A stretch of 64,000 bases of DNA, from contig CAWHXD010000019.1 of NCBI GenBank assembly GCA_963833225.1, positions 864,001 through 928,000 of the forward strand. The letters run 5' to 3'. Position 1 is the stretch's first letter. Each line of letters opens with the position of its first letter. The notes below the pieces were generated by a model, which was not told the DNA's origin, searched no databases, and saw only the letters and a list, made by a program, of their open reading frames with translations. The position numbers and the translations under genes are program-made. Positions 37,782 through 47,271 of the stretch are shown here, piece by piece. The DNA comes from an uncultured Chloroflexia bacterium. GTDB taxonomy: Bacteria; Chloroflexota; Limnocylindria; Limnocylindrales; CSP1-4.

Positions 37782-38597
37782 ATGCGCCTCCTGCCCATCG
37801 CGACGCTCTCGCTGGTCGCGCTCCTGCTGGCCGCGGCCTGCGCCTCGGGCGGCGGGGGAGCGACGGCCGAGCCCACCAGCCCGCAGGCCTCCGCAGCTCC
37901 GGCCGGCGATGCCCCCAACGACGCGGACCTCGAGGGTCGCACGTTCATCGTCACCCACGCCGATGGTCACGCGATCGTTCCCGGTTCCGAGATCAGCTTC
38001 ACCTTCGCGCGCGGTCAGCTCGGGATCAGCGCGGGCTGCAACCAGATGGGCGGCGCGTTCCAGGTCCGGGACGGCGTGCTCAGCGTGGGCGACATGATGA
38101 TGACGGAGATGGGCTGTGAGGAGCCGCTCATGGCCCAGGACGGCTGGATCAGCGCGTTCGTCGGCGGGGCCGCCTTGATGCTCCACGGAGACACGCTCAC
38201 CCTGACCCGGGACGGAACCACGCTCACCGCCATGGATCGGTCCGTCGTGAAGCCGGATCTCCCGATCGAGGGCACCACCTGGGTCGTGGACGGCCTGATC
38301 GTCGACCGGGCGGTCTCCTCGATGCCCGTCGGCGTCACGGCGATGCTGCAGTTCGCCGCCGGCAAGGTCGATGTCGATGCCGGCTGCAACAAGGGCGCTG
38401 GCACGGCGGAGATCAGTGAGACGGCGATCACCTTCGGGCCGATCGCCACCACGAAGATGGCCTGTGGGGACGTGGCGATGGCCGTCGAGATGCACGTGCT
38501 CCGGGTGCTCCAGGGCGATGTCGCCTGGACGATCGACGGTGACTCGCTCACGCTGCTGGGCGCCGGCGGCGGCCTCACGGCGAACGGCGGATCCTGA
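37782..38597 (+). CDS. Tandem META-domain lipoprotein
   Basis: Lipobox AAAC; two META motifs AGCN..TEMGC and AGCN..TKMAC. Confidence 0.88.
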   Translation: MRLLPIATLSLVALLLAAACASGGGGATAEPTSPQASAAPAGDAPNDADLEGRTFIVTHADGHAIVPGSEISFTFARGQLGISAGCNQMGGAFQVRDGVLSVGDMMMTEMGCEEPLMAQDGWISAFVGGAALMLHGDTLTLTRDGTTLTAMDRSVVKPDLPIEGTTWVVDGLIVDRAVSSMPVGVTAMLQFAAGKVDVDAGCNKGAGTAEISETAITFGPIATTKMACGDVAMAVEMHVLRVLQGDVAWTIDGDSLTLLGAGGGLTANGGS

Positions 38598-38600
38598 CCG

Positions 38601-40163
38601 TCAGACCTCCGGCGGGTACCCCGTGATCCGCCGGATCTCCTCGTACAGGGGCTTCAGCCGCTGGTACAGCCGCAGGTACACGTTGCGGTAGAGGTCCTCG
38701 TACAGCGCGTGCGCCGCCGGGTCCGGGTCACGGGTCTCGGCGACGCGGGTCATCGCCGCCACGGCCGCCTCGAACGAGGGGTGGATTCCCAGGCCGACGG
38801 CCGCGTCGATCGCGGCGCCCAGGCCCGAGGTCTCGTGCGTGTGCGGCTGCATCGCCGGCAGCCCGAAGATGTCCGCGGTGAGCTGGACGGCGGCCGGGCT
38901 CTGTGATCCGCCGCCCGAGACGCGGATCTCGGTCACGGGCACCTTCGTCCGCTTCATCGTCCGCTCCATGCCCTCCCGCAGCGCGTAGGCGAGGCCCTCG
39001 AGGATCGCGCGGTAGAGATGCGCCCGGGTGTGGACATCCCCCCAGCCGATGACGGCGCCCTTCGCCTCGGGTCCGGGAACCCGCACGCCGGGCGACCAGT
39101 ACGGCTGGAGCACGAGGCCCATGGACCCCGGCGGCGTGGCGGCCACGAGCTCGTCGAACAGCGGTTCCACGTCCACGCCAAGCTCCCGGGCCCGGGCCAC
39201 CTCGGCCGCCCCGAACTCCCGCCGGAACCACTCGATCATCCAGTAGCCGCGGAAGACCTGGATCTCGAGCGAGTAGGCATCGGGGACGGCGGCCGGATAG
39301 GGCGGCACGACCGGGACGACCTCGACGTAGCGGCGGTGGGTCGTGTTGAACGTCGCGGTCGTGCCCAGCGAGATCGCGCCGACGTGCGGGTCGAGGGCCC
39401 CCGATCCGAGGACCTCGCAGGCCTTGTCGCCGGCGGCGGCGATCAGCGGCAGGCCGGCCGGGATGCCGGTCGCCCCCGCGGCAGCCTCGCTGATGACGCC
39501 CAGCCGATCGCCGGGTGGCACGAGCTCCGGGAGCCAGTCTCGCTCGATGGGGATGGCGAGCCACTTCCAGTCACCCGGCGCGGCCCAGGTGAGCGCCCTG
39601 TAGTCGAAGGGGATGTAGCCCACCTGCGCCGCCACGGAGTCCCGGAACTCGCCGGTGAGGCGATGGACGAGGAACCCGGACAGGAACAGGTAGTGGCGGA
39701 CGGCGCTCCAGGTCTCGGGCTCCTGTCGCGAGAGGACGTTGGCCTCGGCCTCGGCCATGAACGTGGCCACCGTCTCCGTCACCCGGGCGGCCCTGAACAT
39801 GAGGCCCCACCTGCCGCCGATCCGGGGCAGGCCCTCGGCGCGGCAGCGGTCCAGCCACACCATCGCGCGTCGCAGCGGATCACCATGCTCATCTGTGAGC
39901 ACGATGGTCCCGCGCTGCGTGGTGAGGGCGACGCCGGCGAGCGCGTCGCGACGGCCCTCTGGCTGCTCCCAGAGCCGGTGGCAGGCCTCGCCGATCGCCC
40001 GCCAGTACAGGTTCGCGTCCTGCTCGCAGCAACCGGGAGGCCCGGGAACGTACGGCTCGATCGGCACCTTCGCGGTGGCCAGCAGGTTCCCGGCCGGGTC
40101 AACGACCATCGCCCGGACGCTCTGCGTCCCGACATCGATGGCGAGCACCCGGTCCGCGCTCAT
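38601..40163 (-). CDS. FGGY-family carbohydrate kinase
   Basis: LAIDVGTQSVRA, TTQRGT, WLD, AGDK, SLGT, RAILEG, SGGGSQS, GAA. Confidence 0.92.
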   Translation of the reverse strand: MSADRVLAIDVGTQSVRAMVVDPAGNLLATAKVPIEPYVPGPPGCCEQDANLYWRAIGEACHRLWEQPEGRRDALAGVALTTQRGTIVLTDEHGDPLRRAMVWLDRCRAEGLPRIGGRWGLMFRAARVTETVATFMAEAEANVLSRQEPETWSAVRHYLFLSGFLVHRLTGEFRDSVAAQVGYIPFDYRALTWAAPGDWKWLAIPIERDWLPELVPPGDRLGVISEAAAGATGIPAGLPLIAAAGDKACEVLGSGALDPHVGAISLGTTATFNTTHRRYVEVVPVVPPYPAAVPDAYSLEIQVFRGYWMIEWFRREFGAAEVARARELGVDVEPLFDELVAATPPGSMGLVLQPYWSPGVRVPGPEAKGAVIGWGDVHTRAHLYRAILEGLAYALREGMERTMKRTKVPVTEIRVSGGGSQSPAAVQLTADIFGLPAMQPHTHETSGLGAAIDAAVGLGIHPSFEAAVAAMTRVAETRDPDPAAHALYEDLYRNVYLRLYQRLKPLYEEIRRITGYPPEV

Positions 40164-40188
40164 CGCCCGCTCATCGCGCTCAGCCGGC

Positions 40189-41796
40189 TCATGCGTGCCG
40201 GTCCGAGAGCAGCACGCCCGGGTTCATCATCCCGTCGGGGTCGAAGGTGCGGACCAGCGCCTCGAGCGCGGCCATCCCCAGCGGTCCCTTCTCGGCCACC
40301 AGGTACGGCGCGTTGTCCGTGCCCACGCCGTGATGATGGCTGATCGTGGCGCCCTCGGCCGAGATCACGGTCGACGCGGCCCGCTTGATCGCCCGCCAGC
40401 GCTCGGCCGTCTCGTCCGGGTCCGGCGCGAGCCGGAACAGGAACGTCAGGTAGAGGCTGGACCCCGACGGGTAGAGGTGGGACAGGTGGGTGAACACGTG
40501 GACCTTCTCGCCGACCGGGTCGAGGGCAGCGGCAATGGCCGATTCGAGCCGGGCGAGGAGGCCTGGCACCCGCGACCAGTCGGTCGCCGTCTCCAGGGTG
40601 TCCGAGCCGTAGCCCAGGGACCACAGCGCGTTTCGCAGGTACGGCGAGCGGAAGCGCGTCCTGGCCCACGTCCGGGCGAGGGCGGGGATCCCCGTGCCGC
40701 CGTGCGCGCCGATGATCGAGCGGGCCTCGGCTCGCGCGGCCCCGGCGACGCGCTTCCGGCCGGCGACACCCACGAGGAGGAGCGACCAGTCCGCCGGCTG
40801 GCGTCGCATCCGCAGGTAGCTCCGCAGGGCACGGATCTGCGCCGGCCGGTCGGCAAACGCGAGCAGCGTGCGGCTCTCGGCCGGCGTCGACAGGCGCAGC
40901 ACCGAGAGACCGGCCCGGGCCTGGGCGATCGCACGCGCGCAGGCCTCGCCTGCCTCCCAGCCCGGAAGCGCGTAGGCCTCGAGGCGATCCACCTCCGGGA
41001 GCGGCATCGTGCGCAGGATCACGTCCGTGAGGATCCCGAGACGCCCTTCCGACCCGAGCACCAGCTGCCGCAGGTCCGGGCCGGCGGCCGAAGCGGGGTA
41101 GGGCGGCAGATCCAGCGTCCCGGCCGGTGCCTCGAGCGTGCCGCCCGCGAACAGCTGCTCGATCCGTCCGGCGCCGATGCTCCGGAGGCCGGAGCCGCGA
41201 GCCGCGACCCAGCCGCCCACGGTCGCCAGCTCGAACGACTGCGGCTCGTGGCCAACGGTGAGCCCCCGTTCGGCGAGAGAGGCCGCGAGATCCGGGCCGG
41301 TGACCCCCGCGCCGGTCGTGACCAGGCCGCTCCGCTCGTCCAGGGAGCGAATGTCGTTGAGGCCCCCCACGTCGACCGTGATGAGCGGATCGGGCGATGG
41401 CCGGGTGCTGACGCCGCCGACCACGCTGGTGCCACCGCCGTACGGGATCAGCCGGGCACCCACGGCCTTCGCGTGGTCGATGAGCCTGCGGACGTCGTCG
41501 TTGGCGGCGGGCCGGGCGACGGCATCGGGCACCGCTGACAGGCGGCCGGATCGCAGCTCGATCAGGTCCGGGAACGACTGGCCACGGGCACGGCGGACGC
41601 GCAGCTCGGGATCGCTGTCGAGGAGGCCGCCGAGCGCATCGCCCAGTCGCGAGGCCGGGACACGCGCCACCACGTCGGAGAGCGTGGCATCCCGCGGCGC
41701 CGTCGCCGGGCCCACCAGCCCCTCGAGGAACCGGCGCGGCGACGACCCCACGCGAGTGTCGTCCGCCTCGTCGCCCCAGCCGTTCCAGCGCCGCAT
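40189..41796 (-). CDS. FAD-binding oxidoreductase, alkyl-DHAP synthase-like
   Basis: MRRWNGWG, PYGGGTSVVGG, GHEPQSF, GSEGRLG, DTLETA, THLSHLY, ISHHHGVG, FDPDGMMNPG. Confidence 0.9.
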   Translation of the reverse strand: MRRWNGWGDEADDTRVGSSPRRFLEGLVGPATAPRDATLSDVVARVPASRLGDALGGLLDSDPELRVRRARGQSFPDLIELRSGRLSAVPDAVARPAANDDVRRLIDHAKAVGARLIPYGGGTSVVGGVSTRPSPDPLITVDVGGLNDIRSLDERSGLVTTGAGVTGPDLAASLAERGLTVGHEPQSFELATVGGWVAARGSGLRSIGAGRIEQLFAGGTLEAPAGTLDLPPYPASAAGPDLRQLVLGSEGRLGILTDVILRTMPLPEVDRLEAYALPGWEAGEACARAIAQARAGLSVLRLSTPAESRTLLAFADRPAQIRALRSYLRMRRQPADWSLLLVGVAGRKRVAGAARAEARSIIGAHGGTGIPALARTWARTRFRSPYLRNALWSLGYGSDTLETATDWSRVPGLLARLESAIAAALDPVGEKVHVFTHLSHLYPSGSSLYLTFLFRLAPDPDETAERWRAIKRAASTVISAEGATISHHHGVGTDNAPYLVAEKGPLGMAALEALVRTFDPDGMMNPGVLLSDRHA

Positions 41797-41899
41797 GCGC
41801 CAATCGTGCCCCAACGCGAGCCGCCGCGGGCGGCGTGCGCGTGGATGATCGCCCCAGGCTGGCGCCCGCGCGGATGACCGCCCCGGCTGAAGCCCCGCC

Positions 41900-42781
41900 T
41901 CAGACCGGGGGCCAGGGCAGCGCCGGACGCCGGGGATCGGGGTGGGGGAACACGCCCGCGGCGAGCAGCCCATCGATCCGTCGAGCCGTCGCAGTAACCT
42001 CGATCCGGTCCAGGAGCCCGCGCAGCTCCTGCCCGAGCTCCCCGTCCAGCCCTGTCCGGAGCGCGCGCAGGACGAGGGCCTCGGCCTCCGAGAACGGCTG
42101 CCCGCGCCACGCCCAGAGCACGGTCCGCAGCTTGGGAACGGGCGAGAAGGTGACGCCGTGGTCCACGCCATACACGTGGCCACCCGGGACAGGGATGAGG
42201 TGCCCGGCCTTGCGATCGGTGTTGTTGACCGCGGCGTCGAAGACGGCCATGGGCCGCAGGCGAGGATCCTCCTCGACCACCAGCGCCACGGGATCGACGT
42301 CCGGGTCGGCCCGGATCCAGAGCTGGACCATCCCCTGGCCAAAGGGGCCGTCGCGCAGCACGGTCGGCGGCACGAGGTCCCAGCCGCTGGCCCGGGACAC
42401 CGCGAACGCGGCCACCTCCCGGCGTGCGAGGGTGGCATCGGGGAAGTCGCCCAGGGGTCGCTCGCCCATGACCGGCTTGTAGATGCAGGCGGCCTCGAGG
42501 CCAACGGCCCTGGCCACGCACAGCATCGCGTTGTTGGTGGACGCCCACAGCCGGCCGACCAGCTCCAGCTCGCCCTGCCCGACGAGCGCGAGGGCCTCCT
42601 CGGTCCCCAGCACCGGCATCGGTAGCCCGAGATCCTCGACGGACGCGGCCTCCTCGCCGGGATCGTCGTCGCCCCCGGCATCGGTGGGCAGGATCTCCTC
42701 GCCCTCGTCCACCTCGGCCGCGATCTCGGCCAGGATCTCGGCCTCGAGACCCTCGCCTTCGGGGTCGTCTGGGTTGGGCAC
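41900..42781 (-). CDS. SCO1664 family kinase-like protein
   Basis: YKPVMGERPLGDFPDATLARREVAA, VPPTVLRDGPFG, NNTDRKAGH, VDHG, KLRTVLW; acidic N-terminal extension, start approximate. Confidence 0.88.
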   Translation of the reverse strand: MPNPDDPEGEGLEAEILAEIAAEVDEGEEILPTDAGGDDDPGEEAASVEDLGLPMPVLGTEEALALVGQGELELVGRLWASTNNAMLCVARAVGLEAACIYKPVMGERPLGDFPDATLARREVAAFAVSRASGWDLVPPTVLRDGPFGQGMVQLWIRADPDVDPVALVVEEDPRLRPMAVFDAAVNNTDRKAGHLIPVPGGHVYGVDHGVTFSPVPKLRTVLWAWRGQPFSEAEALVLRALRTGLDGELGQELRGLLDRIEVTATARRIDGLLAAGVFPHPDPRRPALPWPPV

Positions 42782-42798
42782 GGGACGCCGGTCCGCCG

Positions 42799-43371
42799 TC
42801 AGTTCAGGAGATGGCCGTTGCGGCGGGGACAGAGGTGGCCCTGCGGATCGAGCGGCTGGCCGCACAGGGGGCACGGGGGACGCCCGGCGGCCACGACGCG
42901 CAGCGCCCGCACGATGAAGGCGCGGATGGCGGCCGGCGTGAGGCGGACCCGGAGGATGTCGGGCCCATCCTCATCGTCGTCCGCGGCGAAGTCCGGGTCC
43001 TCGCCCTCGTCGGCGTCCTCGTCGGCCTCGGTGATCTCGCGGGCCTCGAGCACGACGAGGCTGTCCGCCGTGTCCCAGCCGATCGACAGCACCCCGACCC
43101 GGAACGCCTCGTTGAGGGGCTCGTCGAGGGCGGTGGTGTCGCCGAGCAGCCCGGGAGCCTCGGCGGCGCCCTCCACGCCACGCCGCTCGAGCTCCTCGAG
43201 CAGGTCCCCGAGGCGCTGCGCAAGCGCGGCGACCTGGATCTTCTCGAGGGCAACGGAGACGATCCGGTCCCCGTCGCGCGCCTGGAGGAAGAAGGTGCGA
43301 TTGCCGGGGGCACCCACGGTGCCGGCGACGAAGCGGTCGGGGGTGTCGAACAGGTGGCGGTGTCGAGGCAT
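42799..43371 (-). CDS. DUF3090 family protein
   Basis: PDRFVAGTVGAPGNRTFFLQA, LEK, GRPPCPLCGQPLDPQGHLCPRRNGH. Confidence 0.92.
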   Translation of the reverse strand: MPRHRHLFDTPDRFVAGTVGAPGNRTFFLQARDGDRIVSVALEKIQVAALAQRLGDLLEELERRGVEGAAEAPGLLGDTTALDEPLNEAFRVGVLSIGWDTADSLVVLEAREITEADEDADEGEDPDFAADDDEDGPDILRVRLTPAAIRAFIVRALRVVAAGRPPCPLCGQPLDPQGHLCPRRNGHLLN

Positions 43372-43399
43372 CAGGAGAGCGAGGGTACCGGAAGCGCGC

Positions 43400-44998
43400 T
43401 CAGCCCACCTGCACCGCGATCGAGTGATACCCGCGTGCCCCGTCCGGATCCGGCGGCGTCACGCGGGCATCCTGGACGACGCCGTTGCCGTCGGTGGAGC
43501 GCACCGTGAACGTGTGCCGCCCCGGCACCGCGGTCCAGGCAAACCGCCACTGGACCCAGGTCTGCGGCCCGAGCGGCGTGGACATGGTCGCCTCCTGCCA
43601 CTCGCCGTCGTCGACCTGCACCTCCACCTTGGACACTCCCCGGTCCATCGCCCACGCGACGCCCGCGACCTGGACGACGTCACCCGCTTGGTGAAGGGCC
43701 GAGGGCTTGGGGAGGTCGATCCGGGACTGCGTCAGGACGGGCCCCTCCTTGGCCCAGCCGCGGGGGACCCAGTAGGAGTCAAAGGCCTCGAGCGTGGTGA
43801 GCTCGATCTCGGTGACCCACTTCGTCGCCGACACGTAGCCGTAGAGCCCGGGGACGATCAGGCGGGCCGGGAAGCCGTGCACGGCTGGCAGCGGCTCGCC
43901 ATTCATCTTGACGGCGATCAGCGCGTCCCGCGGGTGGTCGGGATGGGTGACCCACTCGGTGGGGAACCCGGCGGCCCAGCCATCAACGGATCGCGGCACG
44001 ATCTGCGTGGCGCCCGCCTGCACGCCGGCCATGTCGAGCACATCGGTGAGCCGGACACCGGTCCACTTCGCATTCCCGATCAGGCTGCCGCCGACCTCGT
44101 TGCTGACACAGGCGATGGTGACGTAGCGGTCGATCAGCGGCAGCTGCACCAGCTCGTCGAAGGTGAGGGTGACCTCGTGGTCGACCATGCCGTGGACGTG
44201 GAGCGTCCAGGTGTCCACGTCGATGGCCGGGGTGACCAGCGCGGTGTCGATCCGGTAGAAGTTGTCGTTGGGGATCACGAGCGGCGTCAGGCCGGCGATG
44301 TCGAAGCTGTTGTCCGGCATCAGGCTCAACGCCGGGTCGACGGAATCGGGCACGCTCACATCGGCGCTGGCCGACTGGGTGGCGCGGCCGTCGAGGATGG
44401 CCCGGCCGAAGCCGTAGCCCGCGATGGCGAGCAACCCGAGCCCCCCGGTTCGCACCAGGAAGCCGCGCCGGGCGGTGTCCGCCGCCGCGGGGGACGCCGC
44501 GACAGCCGGTCGCCGGGCGGCCCCCATGAGCAGCTCCAGGACGAGCAGGCCGAGCGCGACCTGGGCCAGCGCGGAGATGCCGACGAACGAGAGCGAGGCC
44601 GTGGGATCGCGCAGGCTGGCAAGCGCCCCGGCGGCGACGAGCGCCACCACCAGCAGCGAGCCGAGCGTGGCGGAGCGCCGGGCGACGAGCCCGATCAACG
44701 CCCCGAAGGCGAGCGCCGACACCCCGACCAGGAGGTTGAGCGCCAGCTTGTCGTTGAGACCGAACAGGCCGACCATCACCTCCTTGGCTCCGGGCGGGGC
44801 GAAGTCGATGAGCGCCGTCCCGACCGCGATCAGCGGCGAGGGCGTGCCGGCGGTGATCGCGGCGACCAGCTCCCCCGCGGCGAGCGCCGCACCGGCCGCG
44901 ACGAGACCCGCCGCGGCCGCCAGGAGGCGGCCGGGAGCGACAGGAGCGGGTGTGGATCCCGGAGACCCGGGCTCGGGAGGGGCGGAAGGCTGGCTCAT
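43400..44998 (-). CDS. Membrane-bound molybdopterin-dependent oxidoreductase (sulfite oxidase family)
   Basis: N-terminal TMs, internal RRGFL, FYRIDTA, CVSNEVGG, HGFPARLIVPGLYGYVSATKW, SRID. Confidence 0.92.
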   Translation of the reverse strand: MSQPSAPPEPGSPGSTPAPVAPGRLLAAAAGLVAAGAALAAGELVAAITAGTPSPLIAVGTALIDFAPPGAKEVMVGLFGLNDKLALNLLVGVSALAFGALIGLVARRSATLGSLLVVALVAAGALASLRDPTASLSFVGISALAQVALGLLVLELLMGAARRPAVAASPAAADTARRGFLVRTGGLGLLAIAGYGFGRAILDGRATQSASADVSVPDSVDPALSLMPDNSFDIAGLTPLVIPNDNFYRIDTALVTPAIDVDTWTLHVHGMVDHEVTLTFDELVQLPLIDRYVTIACVSNEVGGSLIGNAKWTGVRLTDVLDMAGVQAGATQIVPRSVDGWAAGFPTEWVTHPDHPRDALIAVKMNGEPLPAVHGFPARLIVPGLYGYVSATKWVTEIELTTLEAFDSYWVPRGWAKEGPVLTQSRIDLPKPSALHQAGDVVQVAGVAWAMDRGVSKVEVQVDDGEWQEATMSTPLGPQTWVQWRFAWTAVPGRHTFTVRSTDGNGVVQDARVTPPDPDGARGYHSIAVQVG

Positions 44999-45011
44999 CG
45001 GTCACCGTCTG

Positions 45012-45037
45012 TTCGTCGCCGGCACGCGGCCGGATCG
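45012..45037 (-). promoter_or_regulatory. SigK-type ECF promoter candidate
   Basis: CGATCC-16 bp-CGAA ending 13 nt before the ATG of the molybdo-oxidoreductase. Confidence 0.55.
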
Positions 45038-45129
45038 CTTGGCGGCCCGGGGCGGACCCGGGCACGCGCCCATCGTGCCCCCCGCCCGTGACGGGTTGGT
45101 GACGCCGGCCGCCCGTTGCCGCCGTGGTG

Positions 45130-46161
45130 CTAGGCGCGGACCTCCTGGCGCAGGAAGAGCACGTAGGCCAGGGCGAACATCGCCGCCGTCAGCGCGACCA
45201 GCAGCACGATCTGTGGCCACACCACCAGGATCGACTGGTCGAGCGACAAGAGCGTCGGCAGCGCCTCCTTCTGGCTGATCGCCTGGCCGACGGTGCCGGG
45301 GCCCAGGACGCTGGCGATCGAGGGGTTGAGAATCGCGACCTGGATATCGTTGTAGAGCTGGGCGGGCGAGAGCCTGAGGAACAGCTGCTGCGCGGACGAG
45401 GCCGCGAACAGCTCGGTGTAGTTCGCGCTGCCGGCCGTGGGGAACAGGGTGCTCGCGAGGATCGGCAGCAGGATCCCGCCCAGCAGCGTGAGGCCAAGCC
45501 ACGATCCGAACCCCACCAGCGCCGCCGATGCGGCCCCGCGGATGACCACCGACAGGAGCAGCGCGAACGCCAGCCAGAACGAGGCGTAGAGGGTGGTCGC
45601 CAGCAGCCACACGACGATCCGGGCGATCTCCTCGGGGCTTGGGATGATCCCCAGCCGCATGATCCCGGCCGCCGCCACGAACATCACGAGCACGCCGAGC
45701 ATCAGCCCGATGACCGCGATCCCGCCCGCGAACTTGCCGTTCACCACGTCGTCCCGGTGGACGGGCTGGGCGAGCAGCCTCGGCAGGGTGCCCTGGTTGC
45801 GCTCGCTGTTGATCGCGTCGAACCCGAACGCGATCCCGACCAGGGGCACCAGCAGGGCCACCAGGCTCACCGTGGTCAATCCGCCGATCTGGTTCGAGCC
45901 GATCACGAACAGCGCCACGAACAGCGCCTTGGCTCCCGAGATCTCGGGAGCCCGGGCGCTGAAGTCGCTCGAGATGAAGATCAGCGGGACCACCGCGGCC
46001 ACGGCCACGACGAGCAGCAGGACGAAGAACCGGATGCTGGACAGGTGGTCCGCCAGCTCCTTGGCGGCGATCGTGCGCCAGCCCCCCGACGGGGCCCGTT
46101 CCGAGCGTCGGGCCTTGCGGATCGCGTCCGCGCGGCGGGACGTGTCAGCGGATGCGGCCAT
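45130..46161 (-). CDS. ABC transporter permease
   Basis: IAAKELADHL, GFDAINSERNQGTLPRLLAQP, GKF, FLRQEVR. Confidence 0.9.
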   Translation of the reverse strand: MAASADTSRRADAIRKARRSERAPSGGWRTIAAKELADHLSSIRFFVLLLVVAVAAVVPLIFISSDFSARAPEISGAKALFVALFVIGSNQIGGLTTVSLVALLVPLVGIAFGFDAINSERNQGTLPRLLAQPVHRDDVVNGKFAGGIAVIGLMLGVLVMFVAAAGIMRLGIIPSPEEIARIVVWLLATTLYASFWLAFALLLSVVIRGAASAALVGFGSWLGLTLLGGILLPILASTLFPTAGSANYTELFAASSAQQLFLRLSPAQLYNDIQVAILNPSIASVLGPGTVGQAISQKEALPTLLSLDQSILVVWPQIVLLVALTAAMFALAYVLFLRQEVRA

Positions 46162-47266
46162 CGCTGTCCTCCGGGACGTACTTGCGGTAGAGGTCCATCA
46201 GGTCGGTGCCGCGACGGCGCAGGTGGGTCAGTGTCAGGCCCGCGGCGGACAGGGCGCCGGCCAGCGGCGCCGCGACGTCGTGAGCGGCGGTCACGATCCG
46301 CAGCCGCTCCTCGCGCTCGTCGGGGGCGACCGACGTGACGCCCGGAACCGCGAGCGCGACCGGGTCGATCGACGCCGGCTCCCCTTCGATCGCGACCTCC
46401 AGCTGGACGGCCTGGTCGGCGCCACCGGCGAGCTCGGCCAGGGGACCGGAGGCGATCAGCCGGCCGGCGCTGAAGAAGCCGACCCGATCGCAGAGCGACT
46501 GGACCTGGCCCAGGATGTGCGACGAGAGCAGCACGGTGAGGTCATGCTCCTTGACCAGGCGCCGGAGCATCGCGAGCAGCTCCTCCACGCCCGACGGGTC
46601 GATCGCGATCGTGGGCTCGTCCAGGATCAGCACGGTCGGGCTCTTGACCAGCGCGTCGGCGATGCCCAGCCGCTGGCGCATGCCGCGCGAGTACTGGTCC
46701 GCCCGCTTGTCGGCGGCGTCCACGAGGCGGACCTCGTGCAGCAGCTCGTCGATGCGGGCCTCCGCCTCGCCGCGGGGCATCCCGTTGAGCTTGGCCGTGT
46801 AGCGCAGGTTCTCGCGGCCGGTGAGGTTCGGGTAGAAGCCGACGTTGTCGGGCAGGTAGCCGACCTGGCGCTTGACCGCCAGCGGCTCGCGCGTCGGATC
46901 GAGCCCCACGACCCGCACCACACCCCGCGTGGGGTCGGTGAGGCCCAGGAGCATCAGCACCGTGGTCGTCTTGCCCGCGCCGTTGGGTCCCAGCAGGCCG
47001 AACACCTCGCCCCGCCGGATGGTGAGGTCCAGCCGGTCGACGGCGGTGAACTCGCCGTACTGCTTGGTCAGCCGCCGCGCGACGATGACGGCGTCGTCCG
47101 GGACGTCGGCCAGGACCTCCGCGACCGTGACCCGGCGCTTGGTCCGCGGCTTCTCCCGGCCGCCCGTGTCCCCGCCGCGCCCCCGATCGGGAGGGGCAAC
47201 CTCCCAGGGCCGGACCGGCCGCTTGCCGTCGCTGCCGGCGGACACCGTGGTCCGCTCGTCGGTCAT
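46145..47266 (-). CDS. ABC transporter ATP-binding protein
   Basis: GPNGAGKTT, YSRGMRQR, LILDEPT, SSH. Confidence 0.93.
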   Translation of the reverse strand: MTDERTTVSAGSDGKRPVRPWEVAPPDRGRGGDTGGREKPRTKRRVTVAEVLADVPDDAVIVARRLTKQYGEFTAVDRLDLTIRRGEVFGLLGPNGAGKTTTVLMLLGLTDPTRGVVRVVGLDPTREPLAVKRQVGYLPDNVGFYPNLTGRENLRYTAKLNGMPRGEAEARIDELLHEVRLVDAADKRADQYSRGMRQRLGIADALVKSPTVLILDEPTIAIDPSGVEELLAMLRRLVKEHDLTVLLSSHILGQVQSLCDRVGFFSAGRLIASGPLAELAGGADQAVQLEVAIEGEPASIDPVALAVPGVTSVAPDEREERLRIVTAAHDVAAPLAGALSAAGLTLTHLRRRGTDLMDLYRKYVPEDSDGRIR

Positions 47267-47271
47267 GTCGG

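Noticed and set aside
42818-45091. Long antisense ORFs (also 13848..15830, 49761..52043, 39739..41538)
   Set aside because: Shadow ORFs opposite well-supported genes, with no recognisable motifs
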